DNA of 63,959 nt, filler included, from Neolecta irregularis DAH-3 (GCA_001929475.1; 8 parts of 8 records of this genome joined end to end with filler, not necessarily neighbours in it); one strand, 5' to 3'; shown: positions 26,700 through 42,129, numbered from the whole stretch's first letter. Program-made: numbers and translations. Notes: generated by a model from the letters alone, not told the origin.

Positions 26700-27276
26700 T
26701 TTGTTCGAGCGTCCTTAATCAAAATTGCCAAGTCTTTGTCTAGAAACTCTAAGTACACGATGCGCATTTATGGAGAATACCCATTTCATTGACTTGAGTC
26801 TTTAATTCCAAATGTTCAATCTGTAATCCATTGTAGATATTTTTCATTTCTTCACGCAGACTTTCAACATCTTCCTGCAAGACGCCATCCTTATTCAATC
26901 TTCTCACTTGTTTTTCTAGCTCATCGATACGTTTGAGATAGGCACTGATCTTGATTGTACTGCGCTTGAAATATCAGATTGGGTAGTAATTGTCAGTATG
27001 CTTGAAGTTCCTCGACGCTGCTCATCAAAATCTCGCTTGCTGAGCGATATTCTTGAATAAGGAAGCTATAGCCGGCGATTCCTGCAACAGTTGTTCCTAA
27101 GAAAAAGCCTAGTATTCTGCAGTTACAGCATCTTCACTATGATTGACATACGATCCCCGAAACCTCCCAGCTGTCTTTTTCCTCACAAACACAGAATTAC
27201 TAGGCGCAGACACGTACGCAGTTGTTTGTGCATTGAAATTGCGTAAAGAAGTAGAGAGCAGGCGACGGAAAATCAT
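26700..27276 (-). CDS. Small single-TM coiled-coil protein, probably mitochondrial; intron 26965-27001 is GC-AG; 3' end approximate
   Basis: Presequence-like MIFRRLLSTSLR, RFRGSILGFFLGTTVAG TM, coiled coil. Confidence 0.7.
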
Positions 27277-27580
27277 CTTGGTGGTGAGAATCAGTCTCAA
27301 CTCTTCAGTATCAACTTCAGGTTGAATATTATTGGATTCTGATTCTAACGTTGTCGGGTTCCAGATGATTATACTGTGCGTGTTCATTTTACAGCTACGT
27401 AGTTACTAAACTGTTGAATAGCATGGTACTACTTAAGCGTCTTTACTCATTAAAGCGCTCGTTGATTTTATACCAGACTCCCTCTTCTAATAATTTACGT
27501 CTTTATGTGCGGATTTTCTAATCTCGGGCTGAATCCAACTCCTGTTTGAGAACAAACGCCATTTGGTTTCAATCACCAAG

Positions 27581-28785
<1,205 letters not shown>

Positions 28786-29239
28786 GCTGGGGGGATAAAA
28801 TGTGTATAGCAATAGTATGAAGGGTCACCTATCTTTTTCTTCAGTTCTCAATGGAGACCCATGGCTGCCGATCGGGGGAGCGAGGCTTACGAATTCTCAT
28901 TACCATTAAATCTCCTTTACAACATATGCATGAATATCAGTTCTGTACAATCAGCTTGTTTTAGATATTGTCTGAGTTGCTAACTCTTTTCTTGCATCTA
29001 GCAAGAATCTATGCAATTCATATTGGTATAGTCAAAATCCATCATAATTTTGGGCTCACAGAAATAAATTCGCCTATTTTAATTATAATAGTAATAAGAT
29101 AATTGTTCTATTCTATGGTTTGTGTTCCTGTAGATCGCTGATCGGAGGATTTTAGAGTTCGCGGAACGCCAAAACAAACTATTATAAACAAACACCCGCG
29201 TCTTATTCCGTCTTATTCTCCGTATCCATATCTCCAAAG

Positions 29240-31229
29240 ATGAATATTTTTCCGTATCTTTTCTTAGTGTTCAAACATTCTAAACCTCCTAGCTCGCGTA
29301 TTCTTTTCGTAAGCTGGTTCTTATTCGTTGTAAGCAACAATACCTCTTTGGTTCCTGGGCCATCTTTATACCGACCTGTAAATACATCGTGTCCTTCGTA
29401 TCCTCTTGTTAGAACTGCTTCGGTATGCTTTTCAGCTTGGAGCCAACTTACACAGAAGTCTTTAAGCAGCAACGAAACAAGCTATGTTAATGGCCGAGAC
29501 AAGATTACCAATCCACTTCTTTCTGACCTTCTTACGCGTCTAAACCTCTCAGACTTCGATGTCTCGAAATTCTTATCCAATTACACTCCAAAAGTCGCAC
29601 TTTCCTTCTCGGGTGGCGGATATCGAGCCATGCTTAACGGAGCAGGCACTTACATGGCAATGGATTCTAGGACGGACGGATCTGAACAACCAGGACATTT
29701 GGGTGGACTATTACAAGCTGCCACTTATCTCACAGGGCTTTCTGGTGGTTCGTGGCTTATCGGTTCTTTAGTTGTAAATAACTTCACGACTGTTCAAAGG
29801 CTACAATCCACGATTTGGGATTTCAGAAATTCGATCTTTGCACCGTTCGGAAGTTCTAATGTAGCGGAGAATGTTAAATACTACGAAGATATATTACAGG
29901 CAGTCCAAGCCAAATCTAAGGCAGGATTTGAGGTCACTCTGACCGATTTCTGGTAACCCAACTAATGTGAGGATATGCTGACAGAGCAGGGGCCGCGCGC
30001 TTTCGCGTCAATTAATTGACGATCCTAACGAAGGCCTTGCAGTGTCATTTTCTAGTATTCTTAACATGGAAGCGTTCATGACGAAGAATATGCCTTTCCC
30101 GATCATCGTGGCCGATGGACGAGCACCAAATGAAGTAACCATTTCCGTCAACACCACCGTAGTACGTCGTTTTTCCGACCAGTGTTTAGCTTACAATTAG
30201 TTTGACATTAATCCGTATGAGTTTGGATCATGGTCTCCTGATTTATTTGCTTTTACAAGCACAACTTATCTAGGAACTAACCTGACCGGCGGAATGCCCA
30301 CCACGAGCAATCACTGTGTCACAGGATTTGACAATGCGGCATTCATTATGGGTACATCCTCTTCACTATTTAACGAGTTCCTCCTTCGTATTAATTCGTC
30401 TGGGTCTACTTCGCCCACACTAGAGACTTTGGGCTCGATTCTTAGCGCCCTTTCAACTGAAGAGGATGACATTGCTGCTTATCCGAATTCGTTCTATAAT
30501 TATAGCTCTATGCGAAAAGGGAATTTGTCTAGGATTTTGACCCTCGTCGACGGTGGAGAAGATCTTGAAAACATACCTCTGGATCCGGTTGTCCAACCAG
30601 CTCGTGCAGTCGATGTTGTCTTCGCAATAGATTCTTCTGCTGATGTAAACACATGGCCAAATGGCACAGCTTTAGTAGCCTCTTATGAAAGAAGTCTCAA
30701 TAAAATCGCAAACGGTACTACTTTCCCTTCTATTCCAGACCAGCAAACGATCGTCAACCTAGGTCTCAATAGCCGTCCAACTTTCTTCGGTTGTAATGCT
30801 ACCAATTTTACAAGCCACGTTTCCCCTCTGATTGTCTATGTACCAAATCATCCAATGACATTCTATTCCAACATAACGACATTCACCTTCAAATATGACA
30901 ATGCGACGAGAGATAACGTCATTGGAAATGGCTACAACGTTTTCACGCAGGGTAATAGTACAGAATGGGCAAGTTGTGTTGCTTGTGCCATCATACATCG
31001 AGAAGTTGAACGTCAAGGACAAGTCGTAACGAATCAATGTCAATCATGTCTCAACAAATACTGCTGGAACGGAACTTTGAAATCATCGACAAATACAACT
31101 TTTGCGCCGAGTATTGTATTTCCGAATAAACAAGCTGTTTCGGCAGGCAGCGGTGGACCAAATAGGACGCAAACAGCAATTTTCATGTGTTTTATTGCTT
31201 TAATTGCAAGTGTATTGGTGCTCTTATAG
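29240..31229 (+). CDS. PLB: Lysophospholipase / phospholipase B, probably GPI-anchored, 3 introns
   Basis: SGGGYRAML, GLSGGSWL, LVDGGEDLENIPL, hydrophobic C-terminus. Confidence 0.95.
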
Positions 31230-31396
31230 TTATTAGAGATATGTCATAAGTTTATACGGGATTTTACAAAGAAGAGTTACTTGTGATCCATAGTTTTGAT
31301 TGAATTTTGGTGGGAGTCGATAGTTTTCATAGTTCTTCAATGTAAGCTTGTGTTAGTGTTGTTATTTTTACAAGTCCTGGTACCGCCAGTATCAAT

Positions 31397-31462
31397 CAGT
31401 GTGTCCATCAATCAATCGGATTATCAATCCGGGATTGATTGATTGATTATGTAATCAATCAA
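31397..31462 (+). mobile_element. Putative hAT-like end with ATCAATC/GATTGAT subterminal repeats, running into a gap
   Basis: Starts CAGTGTGTCCA, identical to 34738. Confidence 0.45.
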
Positions 31463-31699
31463 NNNNNNNNNNNNNNNNNNNNNNNNNNNNNNNNNNNNNN
31501 NNNNNNTTAATTAATTAANNNNNNNNNNNNNNNNNNNNNNNNNNNNNNNNNNNNNNNNNNNNCTATCTTCCACATAGGTGCTATATATACATGATACTTA
31601 GTGTCTACGCTATACCTCTCTCATACGCCGAGGGAGTCTCCGCTCTCTGTACAGATATCCAGGTTTACCCCAAGGGAGTATCTCCGTTACAGAAGATAA

Positions 31700-32715
31700 T
31701 TGGGCAGTTATTTGGACTGTGTTGAGTCAACAGAGTTGCACTTCTTCGCCACTGGTATGAGTGATCCTGCAAGCAAGTAATTGACCTTACAAATTCTCAA
31801 GCCTACTATTTGCTTTTCAAACCCATGAGAGAGCTGTGTAATATCATGAGAACGTGGACCCCAAAGTTAGTCTATCCCTGTCTGCCACTATTTCAATGGC
31901 CATCTCAGAAGTTTCAACTAATTGACCTGATAGTACGGCAATCATGTCTTCTTTCAGGAAAAGAAAAGGTAATATGTGTGGAAGCTTATGCCAGAATGTC
32001 TAAATAATAATTAAGGCCGTACCAGCAACTGGAGCAGCGAGCATAAAAGTTGGTAAACTTATATACAAGATCAAGGGTCAGAGTGACGAAAAATTACTCT
32101 GTCCAGTATATTCCTTCATGAGCTGTATATATTCGCATTTTTGATATAGATGCGTTCTGAGGAAAATTTTCTGGGATGCTAACAGCTATATTTCTCAGAT
32201 CCCAGCCCAGACAAATCAGACTCTTTGATCCCCGTAAATTTCTCATACAGGATAAAAAAGCTTACTTATAGCTCTGGATGATTGTTCACCGAAATCGGGA
32301 TGAAATTAAATTAGAGTTTCTTGTCTCGGTAACTTCGAGTGTTCAGAGGGAGCGTTCAAAGGAACTTTCATCGAGACCTGCGGTGGGAAATGGAAGTTCT
32401 CGTCCTGATCGATATTCATCATTCCCAAATACGTTGCCTATCTCGGAATCTGACGAATTCTTTTCATCCAATGGTTGCTCCTCTTCAATACCAATTGAAA
32501 GAGGGGTTTCGTATCCTAATTACATTTCCCGTAAACAAAATGCTATTGCCTATCCAACATTAAGCTGCAGGAAGCAAGAACTCAAGAATTTATATCTCGC
32601 ATTTTTGGGAGTGAAACGAGAGGAGATTGAATGCGCATCCGAGATAGTAGCGCTTCAAATTCTAACAAAGAAATCTAGACCAAGTTCTTTTACATTCGAG
32701 TCTCTTGGGAAGTGA
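31700..32715 (+). CDS. Hypothetical multi-exon gene; structure unresolved
   Basis: ORFs 31810-32007 and 32278-32715 separated by short intron-like segments. Confidence 0.3.
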
Positions 32716-33102
32716 CAATTTTCAACTTTGGGTAAGGATTGTGGCTTTCCTTCAGTTTGTAGGATGTATGTGCCGGAGTTGTTATTCTTTTCCCTCTTAG
32801 ATAAAGTTTCATAATATTGAACACGCTCATGTGCCAAAGATCATCAATGCATGTGTGCACAGTTCAGTAACCTCGACTAGATATTGCTTTTTCAAAAGAG
32901 TAAATTATCATCTGTTGACAATTCAACGATATGGTTACCTATTTCAAGAGCATCAACCTACTCTTCCTTGATAGCAATTCGTTTTCCGATCATCTCAAGG
33001 TTATTCCTGCTGAAAACTGAGTTCAAGTCATGGTGACAGAAAGGGGCTTATGCATTTTCAAACTCCGCCACGGCTCCAATAACAACAACCCTCCACCCAA
33101 TA

Positions 33103-33155
33103 TAACCCTAACCCCAAACTACCTCCAAACGAACCCTAACCCTAACAAACCCTAA
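33103..33155 (+). promoter_or_regulatory. Cluster of telomere-like AACCCTAA repeats just upstream of the telobox gene
   Basis: TAACCCTAACCCC, AACCCTAACCCTAAC and AAACCCTAA within about 65 nt of ATG 33168. Confidence 0.75.
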
Positions 33156-33167
33156 ATATTTTATACA

Positions 33168-34616
33168 ATGTCTCGAACATTGCGTTCAAGTCGGACAAGC
33201 GAGTTATCAGTATCTTTGCCATATAAGATAGCTCGTCTAGCAAAAAAAAACCAATCAATTGAACACAAAACACTTTTGACCCGGTCCGTATCCCAAGAAA
33301 TGGAGTTACAAGTTAAAGAATCGCGCTCGAGAAACTCACCTTCTCACTCGGAAAGCATTGCCGATGAAGATGTTATGGAACAAGTCATTGATAATAGTGT
33401 GAACACACGGCGACAAACCATCAATAATCCAGTGAAAGAATCTGAGGATGTTCAGGCTGAAGCAAGTGGGTCGAGCAACGCCGACGAAGACGATGCTTTG
33501 TCTCAACCGTCAATGTATGTAGTCATACCCTTTAGTTCTATAATGTCCCTAGGAAGGAATTCCCGCCTACAAGCATAGCTCGGCATCTTCGACGACTATC
33601 CAGTCGTGTATTCGAGTCTTCTTCTCCACCAAACCCTACCAGTGAACCGCAAGAAATAAGAATCACACCGACGAATGGCAATAAGGGCAAGCAAAAGGCT
33701 GCTGCGCGATCTCCATCCCCAGAACAGGATCCAATAATAATGGACAACAATGAGCCAATTTCAGGAGAGTCAGATAATCCATCTGCTCAAAAACCATTCT
33801 TTCAAGATGAAGATGAATCGCAAGAAACAGAGATAGCAAAGGGAAGCTGGGCTGCTTTCAAGGATATTGATCTTCGCGACGATTCTTCAAGACCATCAAG
33901 TGCACGGAAAACCAAGAAAACATCCCGCTTCAATGAAACGCAGGAAGACGCTCAACAAATAAAGTTTTCGACCCAGGAAGAATGGGAGAGTCGCATAAGC
34001 CCGAAGCCGAATAAGCGAAAACGATTGCCCATGAAACTCATTGAATCTGAAATCGAAGATGATTTCGTCGATCCAAGCGATGAAGCTCGCGAATCTAATT
34101 CTCGCAAGATGAAGTCGCGACAAAATTTACCAACTAGTCCCCTCTGGAGACAATCTCCATCTCCATCTCCAGCCCTTCCAAGTCCTTCGAGCGATCAGCA
34201 AGATCAGAATGACCGGGATATTGAGCGAATTGAGCAGCTCAATGCTGGAGCTCGACGTCGTGAAATCAGAAATAATCGCCGGGAAGAAGAGAACAGAAGA
34301 CGAAGAGTGATTCGAAGAGAGTGGAGTAATGACGAGTCAAAGTTGATTCTTCGACTTGTAGGCGTTTATGGTACCCAGTGGAGTTTAATGGAGAAGGTAT
34401 TTGTTATTTTACAGCTGACAAGTGACAATATAGCTCCATGGCACCAATGGGACAGAAAGCAAGGTACTAACTGGGCGGAATCAAGTTGCGATCAAGGATA
34501 GAGCACGAACTTTGAAGAAACAGTATTTGAGGTATTGACTTTGGAGGATTAGCTGATTTTCCAGCAGTGGGATGGAGTTACCAGAAGGTTTTGATATGGT
34601 GACGTGCACTCGATAG
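33168..34616 (+). CDS. Telobox (TRF/Tbf1/Taz1-type) Myb-domain protein; introns 33515-33552, 34397-34433 and one near 34533
   Basis: Spliced C-terminus RREWSNDESKLILRLVGVYGTQWSLMEKLHGTNG...GRNQVAIKDRARTLK. Confidence 0.8.
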
Positions 34617-34737
34617 CAATTGCTATGAGTTATTCTATGGAATCGAATGTCAGTAATTGTTTATATGTAATTAGTTTGGGCATCAGGAAGGAGTTGCCGA
34701 ATATCATGGTTTCTTCTATTTCATATTCAGTTAGGGT

Positions 34738-34792
34738 CAGTGTGTCCAACCGCTCGCCCGCCGCCATCGGAGACCCTCCGGCGGGCGGGCAG
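34738..34792 (+). mobile_element. Putative hAT-like end with GC-rich inverted repeat
   Basis: CAGTGTGTCCA followed by GCCCGCCG...CGGCGGGC. Confidence 0.4.
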
Positions 34793-35120
34793 GTCAGTAG
34801 TTCTCCTGTGGCACTAATACTTTACATAGGTGCAATGATCCAACCACCCTCCTGGAGAATGCTCTGGCAGGCTGTTGGGTTGTATGGCGGTTTGGTAGTT
34901 TCCTCCATGTGATGTTTCTTCAAAGGTCCCCTGCTGATTTTCTTGTATTGAATTTGTTGGTAGACCATTCGTTTTGCCTTTAAATTCTGATTCCGATAGT
35001 GTTTGTTTCGTTTGAATACATTGATTTGTTGTTCAACTATGAATTGATTTGCAATTTGCTCAAAGTTATACTCGCAAGATTTGTCACGGATCACGTGATA
35101 TAGTGATCAGGATGTGTAAG

Positions 35121-35177
35121 TGTTGAAGCTCGAGTTCGAATAAGACCAGGTTTATTATACTAGCCTGAGTGACTGAA
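35121..35177 (-). mobile_element. LTR-like end, same family as 20031-20139
   Basis: Reverse complement of about 20079-20139 with a small indel. Confidence 0.65.
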
Positions 35178-35659
35178 NNNNNNNNNNNNNNNNNNNNNNN
35201 NNNNNNNNNNNNNNNNNNNNNTTAATTAATTAANNNNNNNNNNNNNNNNNNNNNNNNNNNNNNNNNNNNNNNNNNNNTTCGTCCTAAACTTCTTCAATGA
35301 GAACTGACCGGAGGACTTTATGTATTGCTTTCTTGATTGTTGCATTGCAACATTGTAAATGTTGCTTCATTCTGACAGAAGGTGAATTTTGCAAAACAGC
35401 TGATGAGATTGCTCAATGATATTGTAGTGTACCAAGTGAACTAGGATATACAAGCTGCTATGCGTCTACTAAAATTGTAAAATATGAAAAAATTGATGAC
35501 CCGCCATCAATAACCAAACACCTGAACCAAGTACAGTCCATAGATAGACCTGCGAGAAAAAAAAACACAATGCACCAAGCCCCAGATCCTCATTATGCCA
35601 AACCAGCTGAAAGTAATCACGAAAAAAGGAAAAAAATAATACCAGCAGATTTGGACAAC

Positions 35660-38600
35660 TTATTTTGACTTATATTTCTAAACAATGTCAGCTTCCCATA
35701 CATTGTAGCACACACGTCCGAAACTCGTTTCCTTTGCGTTGGATCAATTTGGTTTGACACACCCATTAGGGTCTTTCCAACTGCTTCAGAAGCGCCTATA
35801 ACGGGACGGATAAGAATTGGAGGAATAGCTTTAAGAAGAACTTCAGCTGCACCCACTGCACTTCCTCTCTTGGCGATTTCCTTGGGAACAGCTTTCATGG
35901 CATCTCTTGCAGAAGCGAGATTTTTCGAAAACTGTTTATAACCCTGTTGTATACCTAGCAAAGTCAACTAGCACAACAAGATGAAATACCAGAAGCAACG
36001 TTTTTCGGCTGGTCTGCATACTGACTAATTGCTCGTTGGTCGCCCGTAACACTTCTGGATCGAGAACTAAGGAGTTCTTCTGTATTCTCAAGAACACCCT
36101 TGGTTCCAATGGCAAGCTTAGTACCAAATCTGGCGCCTTCAATAGCTGTGCTTTTGGCAAAAGTCGAGAACCCCTTTTGAATGCTTCTTACTACACGACC
36201 ATCTTTCCTATATTCTTTAACAGGAACCATAATGAGGTTTTTGACGCCATCACCTAGTCTGACAACTTCGCGCACGCATGAAATCCCACCAAGGACGCCA
36301 GGTAGTTGCTCTCTTTGAATAATTGGCATCCAGAAGTTGTTAAGTTGTTGGCCAAGCCGCTCAAACCCCGAAACCCCTCGAAACACAACACGATCCATAG
36401 TCATCTCCGATTCCTCGAGAATGACAAAATTCATGAATTCTGTTGTCTTCCCGGATTTTAGACCAATGTAATCAACTTTTCTTGGTTTGTAATCTAATTT
36501 GACTGGAATAGACGCAATCTCGAAGTATTCTGAATATTAGAGTTGCTATTGAATGCAAGTTTACGAATAAAGGGAGGTTCTCCAACAGGTTGATTTTCAC
36601 TTTCCGTGCCTTCAAATGTGAAAAATCTAGCGAAGAAGTCCAAAGCATCTTGATCAACGTGAAACCTTAACGGGGCGACATCGGCCTTCATCCACAATTC
36701 GGAAGCGGACAGCCCTTCGACTGGTTTGACGACCTTGACAAGGAAATCCAACATGTCAATGCTCCCTGCATGAGATCTCATTGTGGTTAAAAATTTGTTC
36801 CAAGTTGAAGTTGGAATCTCATCGTACACATCAACGTTCTGAATAGTAAGATGTAATGAATTTTGAAAATGCTGGCTTGACGACGAAAGAACCATGAAGT
36901 CGGTTGAAACCCCTTTCGCATGGATTCCAATCTTCCGCTTCGAAGATCGAGTCAGCCTGAGTTGCTTCTCCCGCATCACTTGAGTTTTTCGAGATTTCAC
37001 CGTTTCTTCCTCTGAATCACTTTCATCGCAGAGACCCCGATTGATTGCTTCTCGAAGTCGTCGACGATCCTGGCCTTTTGGAATAGAGATCATAATACTC
37101 TTGAAAAGTAATTCGCCTGTTTGTTCATGTTCACTGCCATCTTCATGAAAGTTTAATTCTTCACTATTAGAGTCACTGGACTTGAATTTATTATTCTCAG
37201 CCATCCATGCTGACCTATTTTCAATTTTGTCCACAGCAGATGTGATTTTATCTCTAGTAGATTTCCAATCGTAGCCATCATGCAAGTCCCAGATCAAGTT
37301 CGACTTTCTAACACGAATAAATACCGGAAAATTCGCATCCCTAAGAGTGAGAAACTACTCAGAGAGGTCACGAACTTAACGGAAATCTCGGTGACAATAT
37401 TTTGATCGAGCATATGACTACGCGTCATCCCAAACGTGGTGTCCTCTTCTAATGGGATAACATTTTCTTCGAAAGTCGCAAGAAGTGCAGTTGGATGAGG
37501 CTTCAAGACTGTACAATCAGCACGAGTGCCGAGAATGTCAAAGATACCCTTATCAAACTCCCCATTCTCCCCAAAGTAGCTATCGGTAAGGTTACCATCC
37601 TGGCTTCCATCGTCAATGGGAACCGGAATAACCATTGTCTCTGTAGGCCTGAACGTCGATTCTTCGAGGCCTTCAAATATATTGACACTTTTTTCCAGAG
37701 ATACGCGGTATCTTCTATACATTAGTGATAATCCATGGAGAAACAAAAATACTCCTTAGTTTCGTCAGCAGCCTGTGTTAACAACCCGGCCAAGCTGATG
37801 AGAGTAGCCATACTATCCGCACAACTCTCCAGTTTGATTAATTGTGCTGAGATTTCCATATCAAAGTTGCCCTTTTTCATTCTGATCTGACTATTCATAT
37901 CTTTGATATATCCCATAGAAACATAACCAGATCGTTTGGCCCACTCTATAGGTCCTCTGGAGAATCGACATTCCTCAGAAGAAATAAGAGTCTCGACATC
38001 GTTAATGAGGAAGACCGAGGCTTTTTCAAGGTTAAAATCGAGGGTGATATCAACGATCTTGGCCTTGGCGAAATCCACCAGGACGACTGCTTGAGCAGGG
38101 ATACGTAAAGGGGTCAGTGATAGTCCACAATTTTCGAGTTCAATAGTCAATTCAGTTGGTGCTACAGATAGTTTGTCGCTACTTGAGGTTTTTGTAACGG
38201 AAGGTGAATTATCTGGAAACTCGACACCCGTGAGCAGTGTATCGAAAAAAGATTTGTCGGGATGATAATTCATTCTAATATTCCGCAAGAGAATATCAAC
38301 ATTCCGTCTTTGAAACCGCATTTGACCAAGAACATGGTTCGATATCTAAAGCGTCAGGGAAAATGCTTAATAGAGTCAAGCGCACTCTTGGAACTAGCTG
38401 CTCAACAAGAGGATGCCCATTCCGGCACATTTCCAACTCGGAGAAGACTAAATGACAAGCATCATACTTCCAGATCCCACTAGTGGCAAAGAAATCAACC
38501 TGGCCTACGCTCGCAGTTATATGTTCATCATCACCCAAAATTAATTGGATAGACAAGTCAACACAACCACTTATAGTGATAGGAGTTGAGCCTTCTTTCG

Positions 38601-40326
38601 TAGTCCTCATTTCGCTTAATCCATCTTTCCATTTTCGGGTGAATTCAGCAAATTGAACGATTTTTTCCCGATCAAGGGCAACGTCAATTTTAGCGTCAAC
38701 TTTGACATCGAAAGCAGAGCTTTCCCGACTTTCTTCCTGAAGTTGTAGCATAGTGGTCGGAGTGGGTCTCAAATAGTCAACTTCATCAATGTCGTAATGT
38801 CGATAAACTTTTGTACTCCCTGATATATGCAGTATACCCGGAATTTCAATAGAATCGTAATCAATTGTCGTGATATCATCCCGCAGTTGAATATCTAATC
38901 CAACTATTTCTAGCGAAAACGAGTCCAGAATCCGTACTGCTGGTATCCCAATAGATCCACGAAACACTGGCTTCGAGGGTGGTGTATCATCTCCATCGTC
39001 ATCGTTGTTGGAATCATCATATGCTTGCGGTGGTATAACTGAAGGCAAAGAAAAGAGAAAATATAAATCTTCCGGTTGTGGAGTAAGAGTGACCGGACCA
39101 ATCGACAATTTTAGGTCCCGATGTTCTGTAGTTATGAGGATCTCCAGATTCAACTTACTAATTTCAACTAGCGAGGTGTGTAAAGTGGACAAAGCTATCC
39201 TTTCGGTTTCAAGGGTGTATTCCATACGCGATGACGTTGAAGACAAGGTAAAGGTGGCAGATGCAACTGTAAGATGATAGGGCGAGTCGAGCCATTGAGT
39301 GCGACCTGGGGAGACATGTACTTTTGTTGTGCCAATCTTTACACTAATCATCGAGTCCTTAAACTCCTTGGATGTTGGAGATTTTTGGAATGATAATTCT
39401 CGGAAAAGGTTGAGTAACATTGCGAAATCTTCCGTTCCGATAGACGCCTCGATATCTGGAACAACTATTTCAACAGAATCTCCGAAAGTAACAGTGATTT
39501 TGTCTTCAATATCAAATATCTTGCGTGTAGGCATTAAAGAATCTTCAATTGCAGACATGTATACGCTCTGCATCAAGCCTTGTGCCTCGGCGTGACTGAA
39601 TAGCATACTTTGCATCAACTCTCTCGGCGGGGCTTCTGAAGCTGAGCTTGCCCGTGAAGATGGAAGAGAAGGTTGAGGAGCGGTTGGAGTTATGCATGCT
39701 TCGAGGCCTTTGATGATAAATTTATGGCTCGTGTAAGAGGCTTCTTTGATGTCGAACTGTACGTTCGAGTAGGCTATCGAAAGACCTGATATAGAGACTT
39801 GTAATTTAGATGAGAAAAACTCTTTCAAACGATCCATTAAAGCCGTCTGCAAAGTGGGCCCGTCTAAATCAAAGGACTCAAGCTGTGGTTCCATTCCTAA
39901 CTCGGTCGAGTATAATAAAGGGTCTTGTTCAGAAAGATCTGAAAGGAAGCTTTGAGCGATTGACATACTTTCCACAGGATGCGATTTCTCTAAAACAATA
40001 TTTATCCCTGATATCGAAAGAGAGATTCCCGAAGACAAAATATTCGACCACGGGATTGATATGTTAATATTCTCAACCTTTGCGCTTCGGATTTTAACTG
40101 GTAGTTCAGCGATAAGTTCATTAATAGCCTATATTTATCAATAATGACGATTCAATCAACTATATACAGCAGCATTGAGTAGTATATTGCACAGATCCAA
40201 CCGACCATTGGTTACTTGAAGGTCGATGTTGTGATCAGGGATCGACTGGACAAACCTTCCGAGACACTGCTTCAATGCAAACAGCAGCAGGCGGTTCGTT
40301 ACTTTTGCAGTAATATACGAGGCCAT
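35660..40326 (-). CDS. ATG2: Autophagy protein Atg2, 7 introns
   Basis: Chorein-N start, LESCADS, IWDLHDGYDW, LRFHVDQDALDF, LDYKPRKVDY, ISQYADQP. Confidence 0.93.
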
Positions 40327-41128
40327 GCTTATGAATGCTGATATTGAGGAGTCGACGACGGGGGCAACATGACGAGAACCCGTTTGGTTCGGTGGTAGGA
40401 TGACCCTCACAACCATGACCTGATCATACAGCTCCACTCCCTATATGAATGACGGAAACATCGTACGATTTTTCTCATTCAGGAATATTAGACATTATTA
40501 TATGTATTGTATTACATAAATCATTTGATCTTTTTCGTGAATGGCCTGGTATACTGAACAAGTCTTAGCATTTGCATACAGTAGGATAGCTCGATATCTT
40601 CATTTCCGCCAGTATGATGTTCTTTGGGTTGAGCGCACAATTTCAGTGATAGTCTGGATGTTTCAGGCTTACTAACTTTGAAAGTAAAAATTGTCAACAC
40701 TTTTAATCCTTGATTACTGTTTTTTGTTGATTCATTTCTTCTCGGAAGCCCGGCAGAGTCGGGATCTTTGCCCTAAAGCCCAACATGCCCTGAAGATAAA
40801 GTGTTAGAATTATCTCAATCTTGTACTACAGTAACTTAACCAGATGTTACCGTTTCATGAGTAGAGATTGATGCAAGATAGATAATATGACTGCAAAGTC
40901 AGCTGGAAAAATTGAAGAGCAGTAAAAAGTATTTCCAAGCTGTTGTTTTATCTACTAATGCAGACAATGGCAAAAGCAGCGGGAACTATGCCTGCGAGAG
41001 AGGATTAAGACAGTGATACAGATAGGTGACAAGAAGTATAATATGAACCATATTTTTATATGAAATTGCCAGTGTTTATTTCTTCGATTTGAGCCTAGAG
41101 AATTAATATATTGGAAGTTTCTCGGGTG

Positions 41129-42129
41129 TTTACTTTTCGGCTTCGGCAACGTTTAGCAAGAGCGCATTTGCATCTAAGAAAACTCTATTCTGTCCAGACG
41201 CAATGGTTGCGGCATTTTCTCTAGCCTGTTTTCATTAAACGCTTGTTCAGGGAAGATATAGTACAGTTTCGAGTTCTCTCAACTGTACAACACCGGGATT
41301 ATTTTTCAGTGCAATCCCAATGAGTTCTGCACTCTGAGCTTCACCCTGTGCCCGGACAATCATCCCTTGTTTTTCTTGGCGAGCTCTGTCAACAACGAAA
41401 GCAGCTCTTTGAGCATCTTGCTGAGCAATTTGTTTAGCTTCAACAGCCTGAGTGAACTCGGGACTGAACTGAACATGGGTCAGACTGACATCATCGAGAA
41501 GAATGTTAAAGACGGATGCGCGCTGCATCAGTTGTTCGCGGACTAATCTACTGACTTTCTCTCGCTGGGTGATAAGTTGGGAAGCATTAAATTGAGCCAC
41601 GACAGATTTGAGAACCTCGTTGACAATACTTGGAAGGACTCTCTCATCGTAATCAAGCCCCAGTGTTCTGTATATTTGAGGCAGAGCATTCATATTCGGC
41701 TTATGAAGAACTCGGCAGGTGATATTGACCATCTGTAAATCTGAGCTTTGAGCATGGTCTGAAAATGGCTGCTAACCCTTTGTCCCAGTAAGACTGGCCA
41801 CATTTCTAGGTTTTGCGCGGACATTGTAGATTACAGGAGTTTCCAGCCAGGGCATTTTAAGGTGTGTTCCTTCGGGATAGGTACGCTCCTTTACGCCAGA
41901 AAGTCTCGAATACATAACAGCGCGGTGTCCACCCTCGACTACACATTTAGGGAATTTTCAGATCTTAGAAAAATAAACCATTAAAAAGACATGAATTGAA
42001 TCCGTAAGCTGCCAAACCCAGCGAAATCAATCCACCGGCACCAGAAATCATAGCCAAAGGCGACCGCTTGGAACCTCTAGAGCCGCCACTCGGGAAAAGC
42101 TGTTGCATTCTTTGGAAAGGGTCGGACAT
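41129..42129 (-). CDS. PHB2: Prohibitin 2, 3 introns
   Basis: [50 protein letters not shown]. Confidence 0.96.
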
